Part shown: one piece after another, positions 39,168 to 50,122 of the stretch
Numbering within the stretch: position 1 is the first letter of the stretch
Layout of the letters: every line of letters begins with the position of its first letter
NCBI GenBank assembly: GCA_963662315.1
Contig: OY759353.1
Location: 2,976,001 to 3,040,000 of the forward strand
Source: Geopsychrobacteraceae bacterium
GTDB lineage: Bacteria; Desulfobacterota; Desulfuromonadia; Desulfuromonadales; Geopsychrobacteraceae
DNA length: 64,000 nucleotides
Reading direction: 5' to 3'
Position numbers and translations under genes: made by a program
Notes under the pieces: generated by a model
The model's input: the letters and a program-made list of their open reading frames with translations, nothing else
Database searches by the model: none
Told to the model about the DNA's origin: nothing

Positions 39168-39254
39168 AAAAGCAATGACCTGCAGTGCCCTGTTGATGAA
39201 TTGCTTGTGTGGCTGGCTGAAGTAAAAGATGGCCCGGCTCCTGTAGTAACGGTG

Positions 39255-39710
39255 CTAACGCTGTTGCTTGAGTATATACTTTTGGTGATACTCTTCTGCG
39301 CGCCAAAATGTCATAGCGGGAACAATTTCAGTGACAATCGGATCAGCAAACGCACCGGAGGCATCAAGAGCTGCTTTGGACTGTTCGGCAACAAGTCGCT
39401 GCGCGTCGCTGTGATAAAAAATGGCCGAACGATACTGGCTACCTAAATCCCACCCCTGGCGATTAAGCGTGGTCGGATTATGTTTACGCCAGAACAGGTC
39501 CAACAGCTGCGGGTAACTGACGACAGCCGGGTCAAATTCCAGAGCAACAACCTCGGCATGGCCACTCTCATCACTGCAGACGATCTGGTAAGTCGGGCTA
39601 TCAATGTGTCCGCCCATGTAGCCAACCGCGGTTGTAACGACCCCGGGCACCTGCCGAAAAGCTTCCTCTATCCCCCAGAAACAGCCTGCCGCAAAAGTAG
39701 CTCGCTCCAT
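39255..39710 (-). CDS. msrA: Peptide-methionine (S)-S-oxide reductase
   Basis: [30 protein letters not shown]. Confidence 0.96.
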   Translation of the reverse strand: MERATFAAGCFWGIEEAFRQVPGVVTTAVGYMGGHIDSPTYQIVCSDESGHAEVVALEFDPAVVSYPQLLDLFWRKHNPTTLNRQGWDLGSQYRSAIFYHSDAQRLVAEQSKAALDASGAFADPIVTEIVPAMTFWRAEEYHQKYILKQQR

Positions 39711-39806
39711 TTATCCCTCCTTTAGCGGGACATCATCCCCGTCACTCAGAGTAAAACGTATCTGAAGCTATGATAAGAACTTTTTCTGGTTACAGGCAAG
39801 TCCCTG

Positions 39807-41414
39807 TTAACGAAGTTGCAGAACTAATAGATTGATCATACCGATGAGAAAACCGAGCAAGGCACCAAACAGGTTAATGTACTTGAACTGCTCCTGCATA
39901 ATCCCCATCAGCAGCCCTTCGACCTGCAGCAGGTCAAGACCGTTGACCTTGTCCTCAACCATCTGCTTGACATTCAGGGTATCGACCAGCTTGGGCGCTT
40001 CCTTGCGCAGCACCTCCTCAACCAGCTGACAACTGCCCACTTCCAGCTCCTGGCGCACATCTCCTGGCAGGCGAGCCGACAAGCGCCCCAGCGGCCGACG
40101 ATAAATCCAGTCTTCACTCTGTTCGATAAGAACCGCTTTCAAGGCTGCCTGCGCTTTGGCTGAACGCATCACCTCCAACAATTTATCCGCCAAGTAATCA
40201 CGCCCCTTTTGCACCCCCTGCTCCGGCAGGACAGCACTGAACATATTTTCAAAGGAGCGATCCTTAATCCGGTCAATGGCGCTTTCGGTCAGGATAATAG
40301 CGGTATCCACCGTGCGCCGTGACTGTAACCTGGCAACAATCTGATTACGGGCAAACTGCCGCACACCCCGGATCTTTTCGTAAGGCATTTTCTCAATATA
40401 GCTGGCCAGACTCCGGTCAAGAATGTGATCAGCACGCTCGCGCAGCAGAGTGGCCAACTGTTGCTGGGTGCGTTCCTGTTTCAGCCAAGCCGCCAGTTCA
40501 TCGCCAGCCTTATCGAGAAACTCGGGTATCTTGCTGTAGATCTTGTCCAGATCGATAAATCCGCTCAGCAGGCCGGCCAGTCCCCCCAGGGAATCAAGGA
40601 ACCCATCGATGGCTTTCTTCCCCTTGGCCACCAGTTGACCTCGAAACTCAGGGTCATAAAGCATTCCACCGAATTTTTCCACCAGTGGCGGGAGTTCTTT
40701 TTCAATCTGAGCGAGGATCATCTCCACCAAATCTGCCGGCAGCAACTGGCGCAGCGTCTTGTCGCTGGTCAGCAGGTGTTCCGTTTTGCGATCAACAAAG
40801 TCACCAACCATGGCCGCCGTCTTGGGACTTTGAATAAAACCACTCAACCGCTCGTCAAGATGTCTCTGTACCGCAACATAGCGATCAGGGGTCAGAAAGC
40901 TGGCCAGATCTCGGGCCAGAATCTGGTCCCCCTGCTGCTGCAGGTAAGACCGAAAACGGCTCTCAAAATTCTGGCTGGACAAGTAATCAAAGATCAGTTT
41001 GACCGTTTTGCCCTGCAGTAGCGTGACAAATTCGCGAAACCGAATCCGGAAACGATCCGGTACCAGACTTTCCAGGGGGCCAAGCTGACGGTCCAGCAGC
41101 AGGCCAAGCTTGTCGGTCACCGCCAGGCGCAGTTCACGCTGAATCGATTCACGCCCGAAGGCATGACCGACATCCCCCGCAGTCAGCAAGTGATCACCAA
41201 CCATCTCCCCCATTTTGGCCGCCAGTTCACCCCGCTTGGCCGGAATGATGCCGGGGGTCAGAGGTACACGTATTCCGAATATACGCCAGGCCCGTAGCGG
41301 CCTGAACAGCATGCGGATAGCGACATAGTTGGTGACATAACCAATAACTGCCCCCAACAACGGGGGCAGCAATAGGGGAAGCCAGTGCTGAACTTCGGAC
41401 ATAAACTCATTCAT
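39807..41414 (-). CDS. DUF445 family membrane protein
   Basis: GAVIGYVTNYVAIRMLFRP, GIIP, C-terminal INLFGALLGFLIG. Confidence 0.85.
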   Translation of the reverse strand: MNEFMSEVQHWLPLLLPPLLGAVIGYVTNYVAIRMLFRPLRAWRIFGIRVPLTPGIIPAKRGELAAKMGEMVGDHLLTAGDVGHAFGRESIQRELRLAVTDKLGLLLDRQLGPLESLVPDRFRIRFREFVTLLQGKTVKLIFDYLSSQNFESRFRSYLQQQGDQILARDLASFLTPDRYVAVQRHLDERLSGFIQSPKTAAMVGDFVDRKTEHLLTSDKTLRQLLPADLVEMILAQIEKELPPLVEKFGGMLYDPEFRGQLVAKGKKAIDGFLDSLGGLAGLLSGFIDLDKIYSKIPEFLDKAGDELAAWLKQERTQQQLATLLRERADHILDRSLASYIEKMPYEKIRGVRQFARNQIVARLQSRRTVDTAIILTESAIDRIKDRSFENMFSAVLPEQGVQKGRDYLADKLLEVMRSAKAQAALKAVLIEQSEDWIYRRPLGRLSARLPGDVRQELEVGSCQLVEEVLRKEAPKLVDTLNVKQMVEDKVNGLDLLQVEGLLMGIMQEQFKYINLFGALLGFLIGMINLLVLQLR

Positions 41415-41434
41415 GGGAACTGGTCAATACGCTA

Positions 41435-42433
41435 TTAAAGTTGATCCATAATAATATGGGAATGGTCGCCGATGTTCATGCGCCGTGGAATCCCGCCGAG
41501 AGTGACGGCATCTCCGAGCAGGGAATGATCGAGAACCAGGTAGCTGACCTTGCCATTGGTGTTGATAATCGACTCACTGATGATGCTGTGCTCAATCTCA
41601 CTGCCGGCGGCGATGGAAACATTGGGACCCAGAATGGAATTGCGAACCACCGCTCCCGCTTCAATATGCACCGGTTCGATCAGCAGAGAATTCAGCACTT
41701 CACCATGAATGTGATGCCTGCCTTTCAGCAGGTAGCGATTGGTTTCGAGCAGGGTTTCCGGTTTGCCGCAATCGAGCCAGGCATCAATTTCGGGAGCCTT
41801 GAACTTCTGTCCCGAACCGATCATACGCATGAAAACGGCGGGCAGATAATATTCCCCTTTGACGGTCTCACCGGCGACGATGGTATCCTCGATCGCCTTG
41901 ATAAAACCCGCGCCATCCTTCAGATAGTAGAGGCCTACCTGCGCCAGGCGGGAAATCGGCGTATCCGGTTTTTCAACCATATCGACGATATAACCGTCTT
42001 TTATGACATTGACCCCGAAGCGCTGATAATCCTCGACTTCTTTGGAGTAGATCAACCCATCGGCCTCACTGCACAGTTTCGGAATGGCGCACAGATCGGT
42101 GACGAAAATGGTATCGTTGAAGACCACCAGCAGGTCATCCCCGGCTTGCACAGAAGGGGCGGCCAGGGCAACGGCATGAGCCGGTCCGAGGCGTTCCTGC
42201 TGAACATAGTAACTGCAGTTCAGGGCAGGAAATTTTTTGGCCATGAAATCTTCGATCTGCTGGCCGTTTTCGTCGGTAATAAAGATGTATTCTTCAACGT
42301 CAGCGGCCTGAAGACGTTCGATAATATGTTCAAGAACAGTTTTTCCGGCAACACTGACCAGAGATTTCGCTTTGGTATGCGTATGGGGACGCAAGCGGGT
42401 CCCTTTACCGGCAACTGGCAATACAGCTTTCAT
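41435..42433 (-). CDS. Sugar-phosphate nucleotidyltransferase (long form with C-terminal beta-helix)
   Basis: VAGKGTRLRPHT, VEKP, WLDCGKPETLLETN, hexapeptide-like C-terminus. Confidence 0.88.
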   Translation of the reverse strand: MKAVLPVAGKGTRLRPHTHTKAKSLVSVAGKTVLEHIIERLQAADVEEYIFITDENGQQIEDFMAKKFPALNCSYYVQQERLGPAHAVALAAPSVQAGDDLLVVFNDTIFVTDLCAIPKLCSEADGLIYSKEVEDYQRFGVNVIKDGYIVDMVEKPDTPISRLAQVGLYYLKDGAGFIKAIEDTIVAGETVKGEYYLPAVFMRMIGSGQKFKAPEIDAWLDCGKPETLLETNRYLLKGRHHIHGEVLNSLLIEPVHIEAGAVVRNSILGPNVSIAAGSEIEHSIISESIINTNGKVSYLVLDHSLLGDAVTLGGIPRRMNIGDHSHIIMDQL

Positions 42434-42442
42434 AATACCCCC

Positions 42443-43054
42443 TTAAGAGTCTGTAGCGGATGACGCTAACGGTTTATTAAATCCATCAATATGTTTAAGC
42501 TTCTCAGCAAGACTTGAAAAAGCCGGATGTTTGCCCAGCGCGTTGAGCAGGAAACAACTGGCCAACCCGTTGAAAACACCACTGATCAGGGCGAACAACA
42601 GGAAAAACGGGAACAACATCCAGATCCCGGGGTGGCGGATAACAACCAGCCAGGCGATAATCATCTGGCCGACCACATGCCCCAGAGCACCAAGCACCGA
42701 AGCACCAACAGGCCCCAGACGATAACGCCCCAGGCCAAATCCAAGGGTCATCATAGCACAGGCCAGCAAGCCGCCGCCAAGAGAGAGTAAAAATCCCGGG
42801 CTGAACAAGCGCCCGAGCAGCAAACTGCCGAGGATAATGCGACTGATGGTAATCAGCCACAAGGCCCGGATGCCATAGCAGTATAACGCTGTCAGGCCGA
42901 GAATATTGGCGAGCCCCAGACGAAACCAGGGGACCGGATTAGGTAACAGGAATTCAAGAGTATTCAGCCCGATCGCCAGGGCCACAAACAGCGCCATGAA
43001 AACACGCTGACGCACAACTTCAAGCTCTTCGCCGTTAACGGCTGATAAAGTCAT
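42443..43054 (-). CDS. Gx transporter family protein (heptaprenyl diphosphate synthase component I-like)
   Basis: PVPWFRLGLANI, FLLSLGGG, GASVLGALGHVVGQ. Confidence 0.85.
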   Translation of the reverse strand: MTLSAVNGEELEVVRQRVFMALFVALAIGLNTLEFLLPNPVPWFRLGLANILGLTALYCYGIRALWLITISRIILGSLLLGRLFSPGFLLSLGGGLLACAMMTLGFGLGRYRLGPVGASVLGALGHVVGQMIIAWLVVIRHPGIWMLFPFFLLFALISGVFNGLASCFLLNALGKHPAFSSLAEKLKHIDGFNKPLASSATDS

Positions 43055-43433
43055 GGGTCTGCTCCTTGTTGTGCCGCTCGTCCTCGATCTGAATCACGAT
43101 CTCATTGGGAGCACAGGCCACCACATCGCCATCTTGGTGAATTTCACCCATGCGGACACAGATTTTGTTAGCACATGGTGAAGAAATGACATGTGCTTTA
43201 TGATCTTTGATTTCCATGACCGTGGTACCGATACTCCCCTGCAGTTCGACAACCCGATCCTGATCCAGAGGAGCAACATAGATGACATCGTTGCCATGAG
43301 AGACAACAACCCGCGCTCCGGCCTGTTGTCGCAAAGGTAAGGCCAAGGCGGCGATGACCAGAAACGTAACGGTGGCAACAATAAAGCGGTCAAGAAGCGT
43401 CAGATAGCGTAACCAGGAAAATGCTTTAGCCAT
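43035..43433 (-). CDS. NusG domain II (DUF1312) protein
   Basis: N-terminal TM segment; SPCANKICVRMG...VACAPN. Confidence 0.85.
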   Translation of the reverse strand: MAKAFSWLRYLTLLDRFIVATVTFLVIAALALPLRQQAGARVVVSHGNDVIYVAPLDQDRVVELQGSIGTTVMEIKDHKAHVISSPCANKICVRMGEIHQDGDVVACAPNEIVIQIEDERHNKEQTHDFISR

Positions 43434-44410
43434 CAGGGCAACCCACTTGTCTTAATCAGGCTCCCGTCCAGAGCGACAATCAGACCTTCTACCCCATTTT
43501 TATCCTCGAGCATTTTCAGCCCCTGCTCGGGACCGAGCACGAAAGCCGCTGTTGCCAGGGCATCTGCGGTAGCGGCATCGGCAGCAATGACGGTTACACT
43601 TTGACAACGACGTGCCGGTGCCCCAGTAGCGGGATCAAAGATATGGTGGTAACGGAGACCGTCCCGATCAAAAAAACGCTCATAATCACCGGACGTCACC
43701 ACCGCACAGTTGGCCAGGGGTAACGTCACCAGGACCTCACCCTGTTTGCGAGGATGCTGAATACCGATGCGCCACGGCTGCCCCTGATGATCACCGATCA
43801 GGCTGATATCACCACCGGCATTGACAGCGGCCGAGGTGATACCGGCCTGCCGTAACAGGGCAACGACACGATCAACAGCATAGCCTTTGGCGATGCCGCC
43901 AAGATCAAGCTGCAGAGCAGGAGTGCTTTTGCTCACAACGCGGCCGTCAACCTGCAGGGCATCAGGCCCGATCCCAGTTACAGCCTGACGGCGTTCAGCA
44001 TCGGTCGGCACATAAGGGTGGTCGGTATTGATCCCCCACAGCTCTTTCAGCCGCCCCAGGGTCAGGTCAAACGCCCCATGACTAAGGTGCGCAATTTGCT
44101 GCCCGAGACGAATCAGGTCAGCCGTTTCCTGACTGACCGCTAACGGAGCATCCGCATGCGAAAGACGGCTGACGTCACTGTCATCGACATGTCGGGACAT
44201 CAGCTGTTCAATCCGGCTCATCTCGGCAAAAGCGGCATTGATCGCCTGATTCGCTTTGCTTTGATCGTGATCGTAGATCTTGATTTCGACCAGGGTCCCC
44301 ATGATCAGGGCGGTACGGTCAAGCGGCTCAGAGAGTCGCTCATAACGATACCAGCCGAATATCACCACAACGAGGACCAGCGCAATCAGCAACGCTGATT
44401 TTTTTACCAT
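43433..44410 (-). CDS. apbE: FAD:protein FMN transferase
   Basis: IMGT, AFDLT, DLGGIAKGYAVD, NAGGD, TSGDYER, YHHIFDP, ADALATA. Confidence 0.94.
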   Translation of the reverse strand: MVKKSALLIALVLVVVIFGWYRYERLSEPLDRTALIMGTLVEIKIYDHDQSKANQAINAAFAEMSRIEQLMSRHVDDSDVSRLSHADAPLAVSQETADLIRLGQQIAHLSHGAFDLTLGRLKELWGINTDHPYVPTDAERRQAVTGIGPDALQVDGRVVSKSTPALQLDLGGIAKGYAVDRVVALLRQAGITSAAVNAGGDISLIGDHQGQPWRIGIQHPRKQGEVLVTLPLANCAVVTSGDYERFFDRDGLRYHHIFDPATGAPARRCQSVTVIAADAATADALATAAFVLGPEQGLKMLEDKNGVEGLIVALDGSLIKTSGLP

Positions 44411-44416
44411 GTGCTG

Positions 44417-45757
44417 TTACTCCTCAAGCATTTCGCCAATCAGGTCGTATTCCGAAGAATCGGTGATTTTCAGCTGTATGAAGTCACCGACATTGGCAAA
44501 ACCAGAGGTAATCAGGTAGTGACCATCGATGTCCGGAGCCTGCCGGGCACTGCGCCCTTTAAGCAGCAGATCGGTCTCTTCACTGTACCCTTCAACCAGC
44601 ACCTGTTCAACCTTACCAACGAGCGCACGGTTTTTGGCAAAAGAAACCCGTGCTTGTGCCTTCATCAGTCGATTCAGGCGGCTCTTTTTGCTCTGTGCGG
44701 GAATCTGGCCGGGAAATTCAGCGGCCGGCGTTCCCTCTTCACGGGAATAGCGAAACACCCCGACCCGTTCGAAGTGCCCTTCTTCGACAAACTTCTGCAA
44801 TTTATCAAACTGCTCGCGGGTTTCACCGGGGAAACCGACAATAAACGAGGTCCGCAAGGTCAGGTCCGGAATCTGCTTACGCATCCGCGCCAACAGCGCC
44901 CGGGTATCCGTTTCGCCAAGCCGGCGATTCATCTGTTTAAGTATGGTGTCATCGATGTGCTGCAGTGGCAAATCGAGATATTTACAAATTTTGTCTTCTG
45001 TCGCCATCAGCTCAATCAGCTCATCGCTGACCCCTTCGGGATAAGCATAAAGCAGGCGTAACCAGACCAGATCGTCAATTTTCACCAGCTCCCGCAACAA
45101 TGCCTCCAGGGTCGCCCCGTCCTCACGGTCACGACCGTAGGCGGTGATATCCTGAGCAATCAGGTTGATTTCCTTGACCCCCTGAGCCGTCAGACTGCGA
45201 ACTTCCGCCACGACAGATTCGATACTGCGGGAACGCAGGTCACCACGCAGCTGGGGAATAATGCAATAGGAACAGCGATTAGAACAACCCTCCGCAATTT
45301 TTACATAACTGGTATACAGCGGTGATGAGTTGACCCGTGGCGTCAGATGATCGTAAAGATAATCGGGGGTACCAACTTCCAGAGCCGACCCCTCATGACC
45401 GAAGTGGCGATCAATCAACTCAACGATCCGTGCCCCTTCCGATACACCGATAAACAGATCGACTTCGGGGAGTTGTTCCTGCAGCTGCTCCTTGTAACGC
45501 TGGGGCAGACAGCCGGACACGATGAGCATTTTACAGTTCCCTTCCTCCTTGTAATCTGCGACTTCCAGAATCGTATCGATCGACTCTTCTTTGGCGTCGT
45601 TGATAAAGGAGCAGGTATTGACGACAATAATGTCGGCCTGACTTTCATCGATAATGATTTCAAAACGTTCGGCGGGCAGATGGCCGAGCATAACCTCGGC
45701 ATCGACCAGATTTTTCGGGCAGCCGAGGCTGACCAGGCTGATTTTCAATGTTTCCAC
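44417..45757 (-). CDS. rimO: Ribosomal protein S12 methylthiotransferase
   Basis: [35 protein letters not shown]. Confidence 0.95.
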   Translation of the reverse strand: METLKISLVSLGCPKNLVDAEVMLGHLPAERFEIIIDESQADIIVVNTCSFINDAKEESIDTILEVADYKEEGNCKMLIVSGCLPQRYKEQLQEQLPEVDLFIGVSEGARIVELIDRHFGHEGSALEVGTPDYLYDHLTPRVNSSPLYTSYVKIAEGCSNRCSYCIIPQLRGDLRSRSIESVVAEVRSLTAQGVKEINLIAQDITAYGRDREDGATLEALLRELVKIDDLVWLRLLYAYPEGVSDELIELMATEDKICKYLDLPLQHIDDTILKQMNRRLGETDTRALLARMRKQIPDLTLRTSFIVGFPGETREQFDKLQKFVEEGHFERVGVFRYSREEGTPAAEFPGQIPAQSKKSRLNRLMKAQARVSFAKNRALVGKVEQVLVEGYSEETDLLLKGRSARQAPDIDGHYLITSGFANVGDFIQLKITDSSEYDLIGEMLEE

Positions 45758-45786
45758 GTTTTATTCCTGCTGACTAGCGAGATCTC

Positions 45787-46272
45787 TTATGATCTCATAT
45801 TCTCAAATTGCAGTTCGATACCCAGGTCCTGCCCTTTCAGGGACTGGATAACTTCCTGCAGATCATCAATTTTTTTCCCGGAGACACGCACCTGATCTTC
45901 CATGATCTGGGCCTGTACCTTAAGCTTGCTATCCTTAATAAATTTAACGATTTCTTTTCCTTTTTCTTTGCTGATCCCCTGCACTATGGCCGCGCGCACT
46001 CGCACAGCACCGCCGGATGCCGGCTCTTCCTTGCCATAATCAAAACATTTTGGCGAGACATTGCGCCTGACCAGTTTACCAATGAGAATATCCTTGATCG
46101 CCTGCAGCTTGTATTCATCAGCCGCCAGAATCCGCAGACTGTCCTTTTCCAACTCAACTTCATTGGTGGTTCCTTTAAAATCGTAGCGCTGGGCAATCTC
46201 TTTAACGGCCTGATTGACGGCATTATCGACTTCCTGCATATCCACCTTGGAAACAATATCAAAACTCGGCAT
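45787..46272 (-). CDS. yajQ: YajQ family nucleotide/c-di-GMP-binding protein
   Basis: [20 protein letters not shown]...[12 protein letters not shown]. Confidence 0.95.
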   Translation of the reverse strand: MPSFDIVSKVDMQEVDNAVNQAVKEIAQRYDFKGTTNEVELEKDSLRILAADEYKLQAIKDILIGKLVRRNVSPKCFDYGKEEPASGGAVRVRAAIVQGISKEKGKEIVKFIKDSKLKVQAQIMEDQVRVSGKKIDDLQEVIQSLKGQDLGIELQFENMRS

Positions 46273-46423
46273 CGCGTTCTTACTCCTTTTCAAAATACAG
46301 GATAACCGCCCCTAAGATACGGTCATGGAATAGCTTAACTATTTAAAGAATCGAAGGTTTATACCACAATTTCCATTATGAGCAAACGCCGGAGAGGAAA
46401 ATTCAAGGAAAAAACAGTGCCGT

Positions 46424-47182
46424 CTATTGAAAACTCAATTGCTCCGCAGGGGTCAATACCTCTACACCATCAGGTTTGCTAAATGCAAAAAAACTGGCTT
46501 CGAGTCCCGGGTTAATCCTGATCTGGGAAAATTCGATGGCGGTGCTGTTCCCCTGCACATCGGTCACTGTCGTCTCAACCAGAGGGAACAGTGCCGCAGC
46601 GTTTTCCTTCTGTTGCAGGTCAACGGCAGCTTTCAGGACCACGACCTCCATGCCGGCAAACTGGGTTGACGGTTGGTGGGGAACCAGAACCAGACGATAA
46701 TTGCCCTTGGCATCAGTGGCCGGTGTACCACTGGTGATGACGAAATCACGCGAAAGGTTCTCCAGGTTGCTTAAAAAGGTCACCGGATTCTGCCCCTGCT
46801 GTTCTACCTGGCTGATATCACTCTCAATAACCTGACGATTCTCCGGCAGGTAGACCCACATCATCTTACCGTCAGAAATTATTTCCTGGACTGCCGGCTC
46901 TGTGTAGCTCCAGCGAAACAGAGCGACAGAGCGCCTGTTTTTTGAGCCACGGACAAATTTGAAGCTGACCGTGCCACTGCCACGCTGTTCGCGATTAATC
47001 GAAGCAATATGGGAGCGTTGGGCAAAGTCGGCCTGAAAATCATGAATCTGTCTGGCTGCGGGCGTATTTTGAGAAAAAGGATCCTGTAATGCTTTTACAA
47101 CCGCCTCCAGTGACGGGGCTGCGCACCAGGCACTCGTTACCGTTAACAATAGTATTATCACCATCAAATTGACATATTTCAT
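46424..47182 (-). CDS. lolA: Outer-membrane lipoprotein carrier protein
   Basis: Signal peptide, ADFAQ, FRWSY..P..QEIISDGK.MWVY.P. Confidence 0.85.
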   Translation of the reverse strand: MKYVNLMVIILLLTVTSAWCAAPSLEAVVKALQDPFSQNTPAARQIHDFQADFAQRSHIASINREQRGSGTVSFKFVRGSKNRRSVALFRWSYTEPAVQEIISDGKMMWVYLPENRQVIESDISQVEQQGQNPVTFLSNLENLSRDFVITSGTPATDAKGNYRLVLVPHQPSTQFAGMEVVVLKAAVDLQQKENAAALFPLVETTVTDVQGNSTAIEFSQIRINPGLEASFFAFSKPDGVEVLTPAEQLSFQ

Positions 47183-47309
47183 GTATTTAAATTCCTCACA
47201 AGCCACCGACAAATGCAAAACCGGCACTGGTCGTAGATGGATAAAATATTTAAAAGTGTGATTCTAACAGATTTCAAAGAGAGGTGATACTGCTGAAGCT
47301 ATTAAACAA

Positions 47310-47798
47310 CTAATCGGTCATGGACCAATAGACCTTGATGTGATGCATTTCCTCGTTAGTCTCAGGCCAAACACTGATAACGACCGTCTCGTTGACATTC
47401 GTCGGCACACTGGTCATGGTGTGTGGCGGATGCAATTGACAGGACAAAGCTAATTGCTCTTCGCATGCCATAACCAACCCCGAAGCCAGAATGTTTCCCA
47501 ATTCCTGCAAAGCGGACAGCCCCAGTCTGGATAACGGCAGAGTCTGTTCATGACCAAGCATGCGGGTCGCTAGAAAACATCCCGCTGCCGCAGAAAAAGC
47601 CAGCACCAACGAGCCATTCACTTCACCGGTCAAGGGCAGACAGATAACCAGATCGGTGCCGCCACTTGGTGCCGCTGGTTCCGGTACCTTGATGTCCAGT
47701 TCACATCCAATCCAGGTGGAAACAGCCTTCACGACTTGTGGCAGGGTCTGTAACAGCAGATCTCCCTGCCCAGCGCTATACGCTTGTACTGCTGTCAT
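47310..47798 (-). CDS. CheC/CheX-family phosphatase (DifG-like)
   Basis: SALQELGNILA (ExxN motif). Confidence 0.75.
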   Translation of the reverse strand: MTAVQAYSAGQGDLLLQTLPQVVKAVSTWIGCELDIKVPEPAAPSGGTDLVICLPLTGEVNGSLVLAFSAAAGCFLATRMLGHEQTLPLSRLGLSALQELGNILASGLVMACEEQLALSCQLHPPHTMTSVPTNVNETVVISVWPETNEEMHHIKVYWSMTD

Positions 47799-47800
47799 TA

Positions 47801-49654
47801 TCAGCTCCGGATTTTTTCAAGAAGTGATTGCAGGTCAAGAACGAAAACAATGTGCCCGTTTCCCAGCATCGTCGCACCACTACACCCTTTTAACTGATCA
47901 AAAGGAGCGGCTAAACGCTGGACATAGACCTCCCGCTGACCAATCAGGGCATCTACCACCAGACCAACCCGCCGACCCAGGACTTCCGCAACGACCACGG
48001 GTAATGGGTCGCTGAGCGGCCCTTTTGTTGAATAATCGAGTATTTTGTGCAAGGACAAGAGTGGCAGCAGCTTGCCTTTGAATTCGATGACCCGCTGACG
48101 ACCACTGCGCTGAATCTCCGCCCGGTCCACTTCCAGGGTCTGCACAATACGACTGATCGGTATGGCCAAAGACACTCCTGCAACCGAAACCAGTAGAACT
48201 CGAATAAGTGCCAGAGACAACGGCAGTTTCATCACCATCCGGGTTCCTGGAGTACCAGGAACAGAAATAATTTCGAGGATGCCGCCAATCTTCTCGACCG
48301 CAGTTTTTACCACATCCATACCAACACCGCGACCGGAGGTGCCGGTAATCTTCTCAGCCGTAGAAAAGCCCGGCAGACAGATCAGCTGCAAGACGTCATA
48401 GTCACGCAGTGCCTGTAGCTGCTGTTCATTAACCAGACCGCGCTCAAGAGCTTTCTCCCTGATTTTCTGAGCATCTATACCTTGCCCGTTATCAGCAACC
48501 TCCAGCATGACCAGGTCCCGCTCGCGCACCGCTTTTACGCTTATCGTCCCCTGCTCTGCAATGCCATGGTCAAGCGCATTACGCACCAGGTGAATAAGCG
48601 GATCAGTCAACGCCTCGACAATAGCACGATCTAACTCGATAGCTGCCCCTTCCAGCTTCAGCTCAATATTTTTCCCGCTGCTGCGTGCCAGGTCGCGGAC
48701 CGTCCTGGCGACCCGCACAAACAGGTTTTCCAGGGACAGCATACGCACCTGCAGCACCTGATGCTGCAGATTTTTGACCAGCCTGGTCAGTTGCGCGACC
48801 CCGTCATCAACATCCTTCCAGCTGTGCTGTTTGACGGCACTCTGTAAATGATAACGGGTGGTGATCAGCTCGCCGGTCAGGTGAATAAAATTGTCAAGTA
48901 ACTCGGTATTGACCCGTACGGTTACCCCGGATGGTGCCTTCAGTGCTGGCGCCATCGCTACCGGCTGAGGGAAAGCATCGGGAAAGGTGATTTCTTTAAT
49001 TTCGCTGTAGTTTTTGAAATAGTCATTGATCTGGTCTGGCGGCAACGTGGTTTCCAGTTTGACAATAAGTTCTCTGCCACTGTCATTACCGTTTAATAAA
49101 GCGGTTTCTGCGGGACGCGATTCAACGATTTTCCCCAACTGCCCCAATGTTTTCAGAAGCACCAGCAGGCGTGCTCCCGAAGCAGGCGTTGAGGCATCGA
49201 GAAGCACCCGGACAAACAGCAGCGGATCATCGAAATCAATCAGGACCAACCCGTCATCATCCTGAACCGGTTGCCCTTCCGCCCCCACGGTTTCATCACA
49301 TTGACCATCAGTAAATGAATTGACCTCACGCTCCGGCTGTCCACTGCGAATATCAGTCATCAGCGCCTCAAGCAGGTCGACTCCACTGAGGACCTTGTCG
49401 ATTTGCTCCGGCCCGATATGCCCGGCCTGACGGCAGGTATCAAGAATATCTTCCAGATGATGAGCCAGATTGGCGGTATGACCAAAGTTCATGGTTCCCG
49501 CCATCCCCTTGATGGAGTGGGCATTACGGAACAGAGCATCAATCCCGCTGCGATTGCCGGGATCCGCCTCAAGCGTTATCAGCGTTGTGGTCATCTGACG
49601 TAGATGATCATCCGCTTCGGCCAGGAACATCTCTCTGAATTTAGCCATGTCCAT
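47801..49654 (-). CDS. cheA: Chemotaxis histidine kinase
   Basis: LFRNAHSIKG (Hpt), DPLIHLVRNALDHG, PGFSTA...SGRGVGMDVV, CheW domain. Confidence 0.94.
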   Translation of the reverse strand: MDMAKFREMFLAEADDHLRQMTTTLITLEADPGNRSGIDALFRNAHSIKGMAGTMNFGHTANLAHHLEDILDTCRQAGHIGPEQIDKVLSGVDLLEALMTDIRSGQPEREVNSFTDGQCDETVGAEGQPVQDDDGLVLIDFDDPLLFVRVLLDASTPASGARLLVLLKTLGQLGKIVESRPAETALLNGNDSGRELIVKLETTLPPDQINDYFKNYSEIKEITFPDAFPQPVAMAPALKAPSGVTVRVNTELLDNFIHLTGELITTRYHLQSAVKQHSWKDVDDGVAQLTRLVKNLQHQVLQVRMLSLENLFVRVARTVRDLARSSGKNIELKLEGAAIELDRAIVEALTDPLIHLVRNALDHGIAEQGTISVKAVRERDLVMLEVADNGQGIDAQKIREKALERGLVNEQQLQALRDYDVLQLICLPGFSTAEKITGTSGRGVGMDVVKTAVEKIGGILEIISVPGTPGTRMVMKLPLSLALIRVLLVSVAGVSLAIPISRIVQTLEVDRAEIQRSGRQRVIEFKGKLLPLLSLHKILDYSTKGPLSDPLPVVVAEVLGRRVGLVVDALIGQREVYVQRLAAPFDQLKGCSGATMLGNGHIVFVLDLQSLLEKIRS

Positions 49655-49755
49655 ACTTTAAACTTTCACCTGCTGCCCCCTGTGATCTCAATCCTTCAGA
49701 GGTTACGATCACATATGCCCGGTTTGAGGATCCTCACCGTGCGTAGTTTCACCTG

Positions 49756-50121
49756 CTACTGCACAAAAACCCGCTCGGCGATTTCGACCACCTGTTCGCT
49801 TTTAAACGGTTTAACGATAAAATCTTTCGCCCCCGCGGCAATCGCTTCCATAATCAGATTTTTCTGTCCTAACGCGCTGCAGACGACAACTTTGGCTTTA
49901 TGATCGAAATGAATGATATTTTTCAATGCCTCGATACCACCACTACCCGGCATGACAATGTCCATCGTCACCAGGTCCGGTTTCATGATCTTATATTCTG
50001 CGAGCGCTTCTTCACCATTTTCCGCAGTGCTGACAACCTGCCAACCTGCCGTTTCAAAAATATCCTGCAGTAATTCACGCATAAAAAATGCATCATCAAC
50101 AATCAGAACCCGCTTAACCAT
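49756..50121 (-). CDS. cheY: CheY-like response regulator
   Basis: VLIVDDAFFMR, DLVTMDIVMP, DFIVKPF. Confidence 0.9.
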   Translation of the reverse strand: MVKRVLIVDDAFFMRELLQDIFETAGWQVVSTAENGEEALAEYKIMKPDLVTMDIVMPGSGGIEALKNIIHFDHKAKVVVCSALGQKNLIMEAIAAGAKDFIVKPFKSEQVVEIAERVFVQ

Positions 50122-50122
50122 A

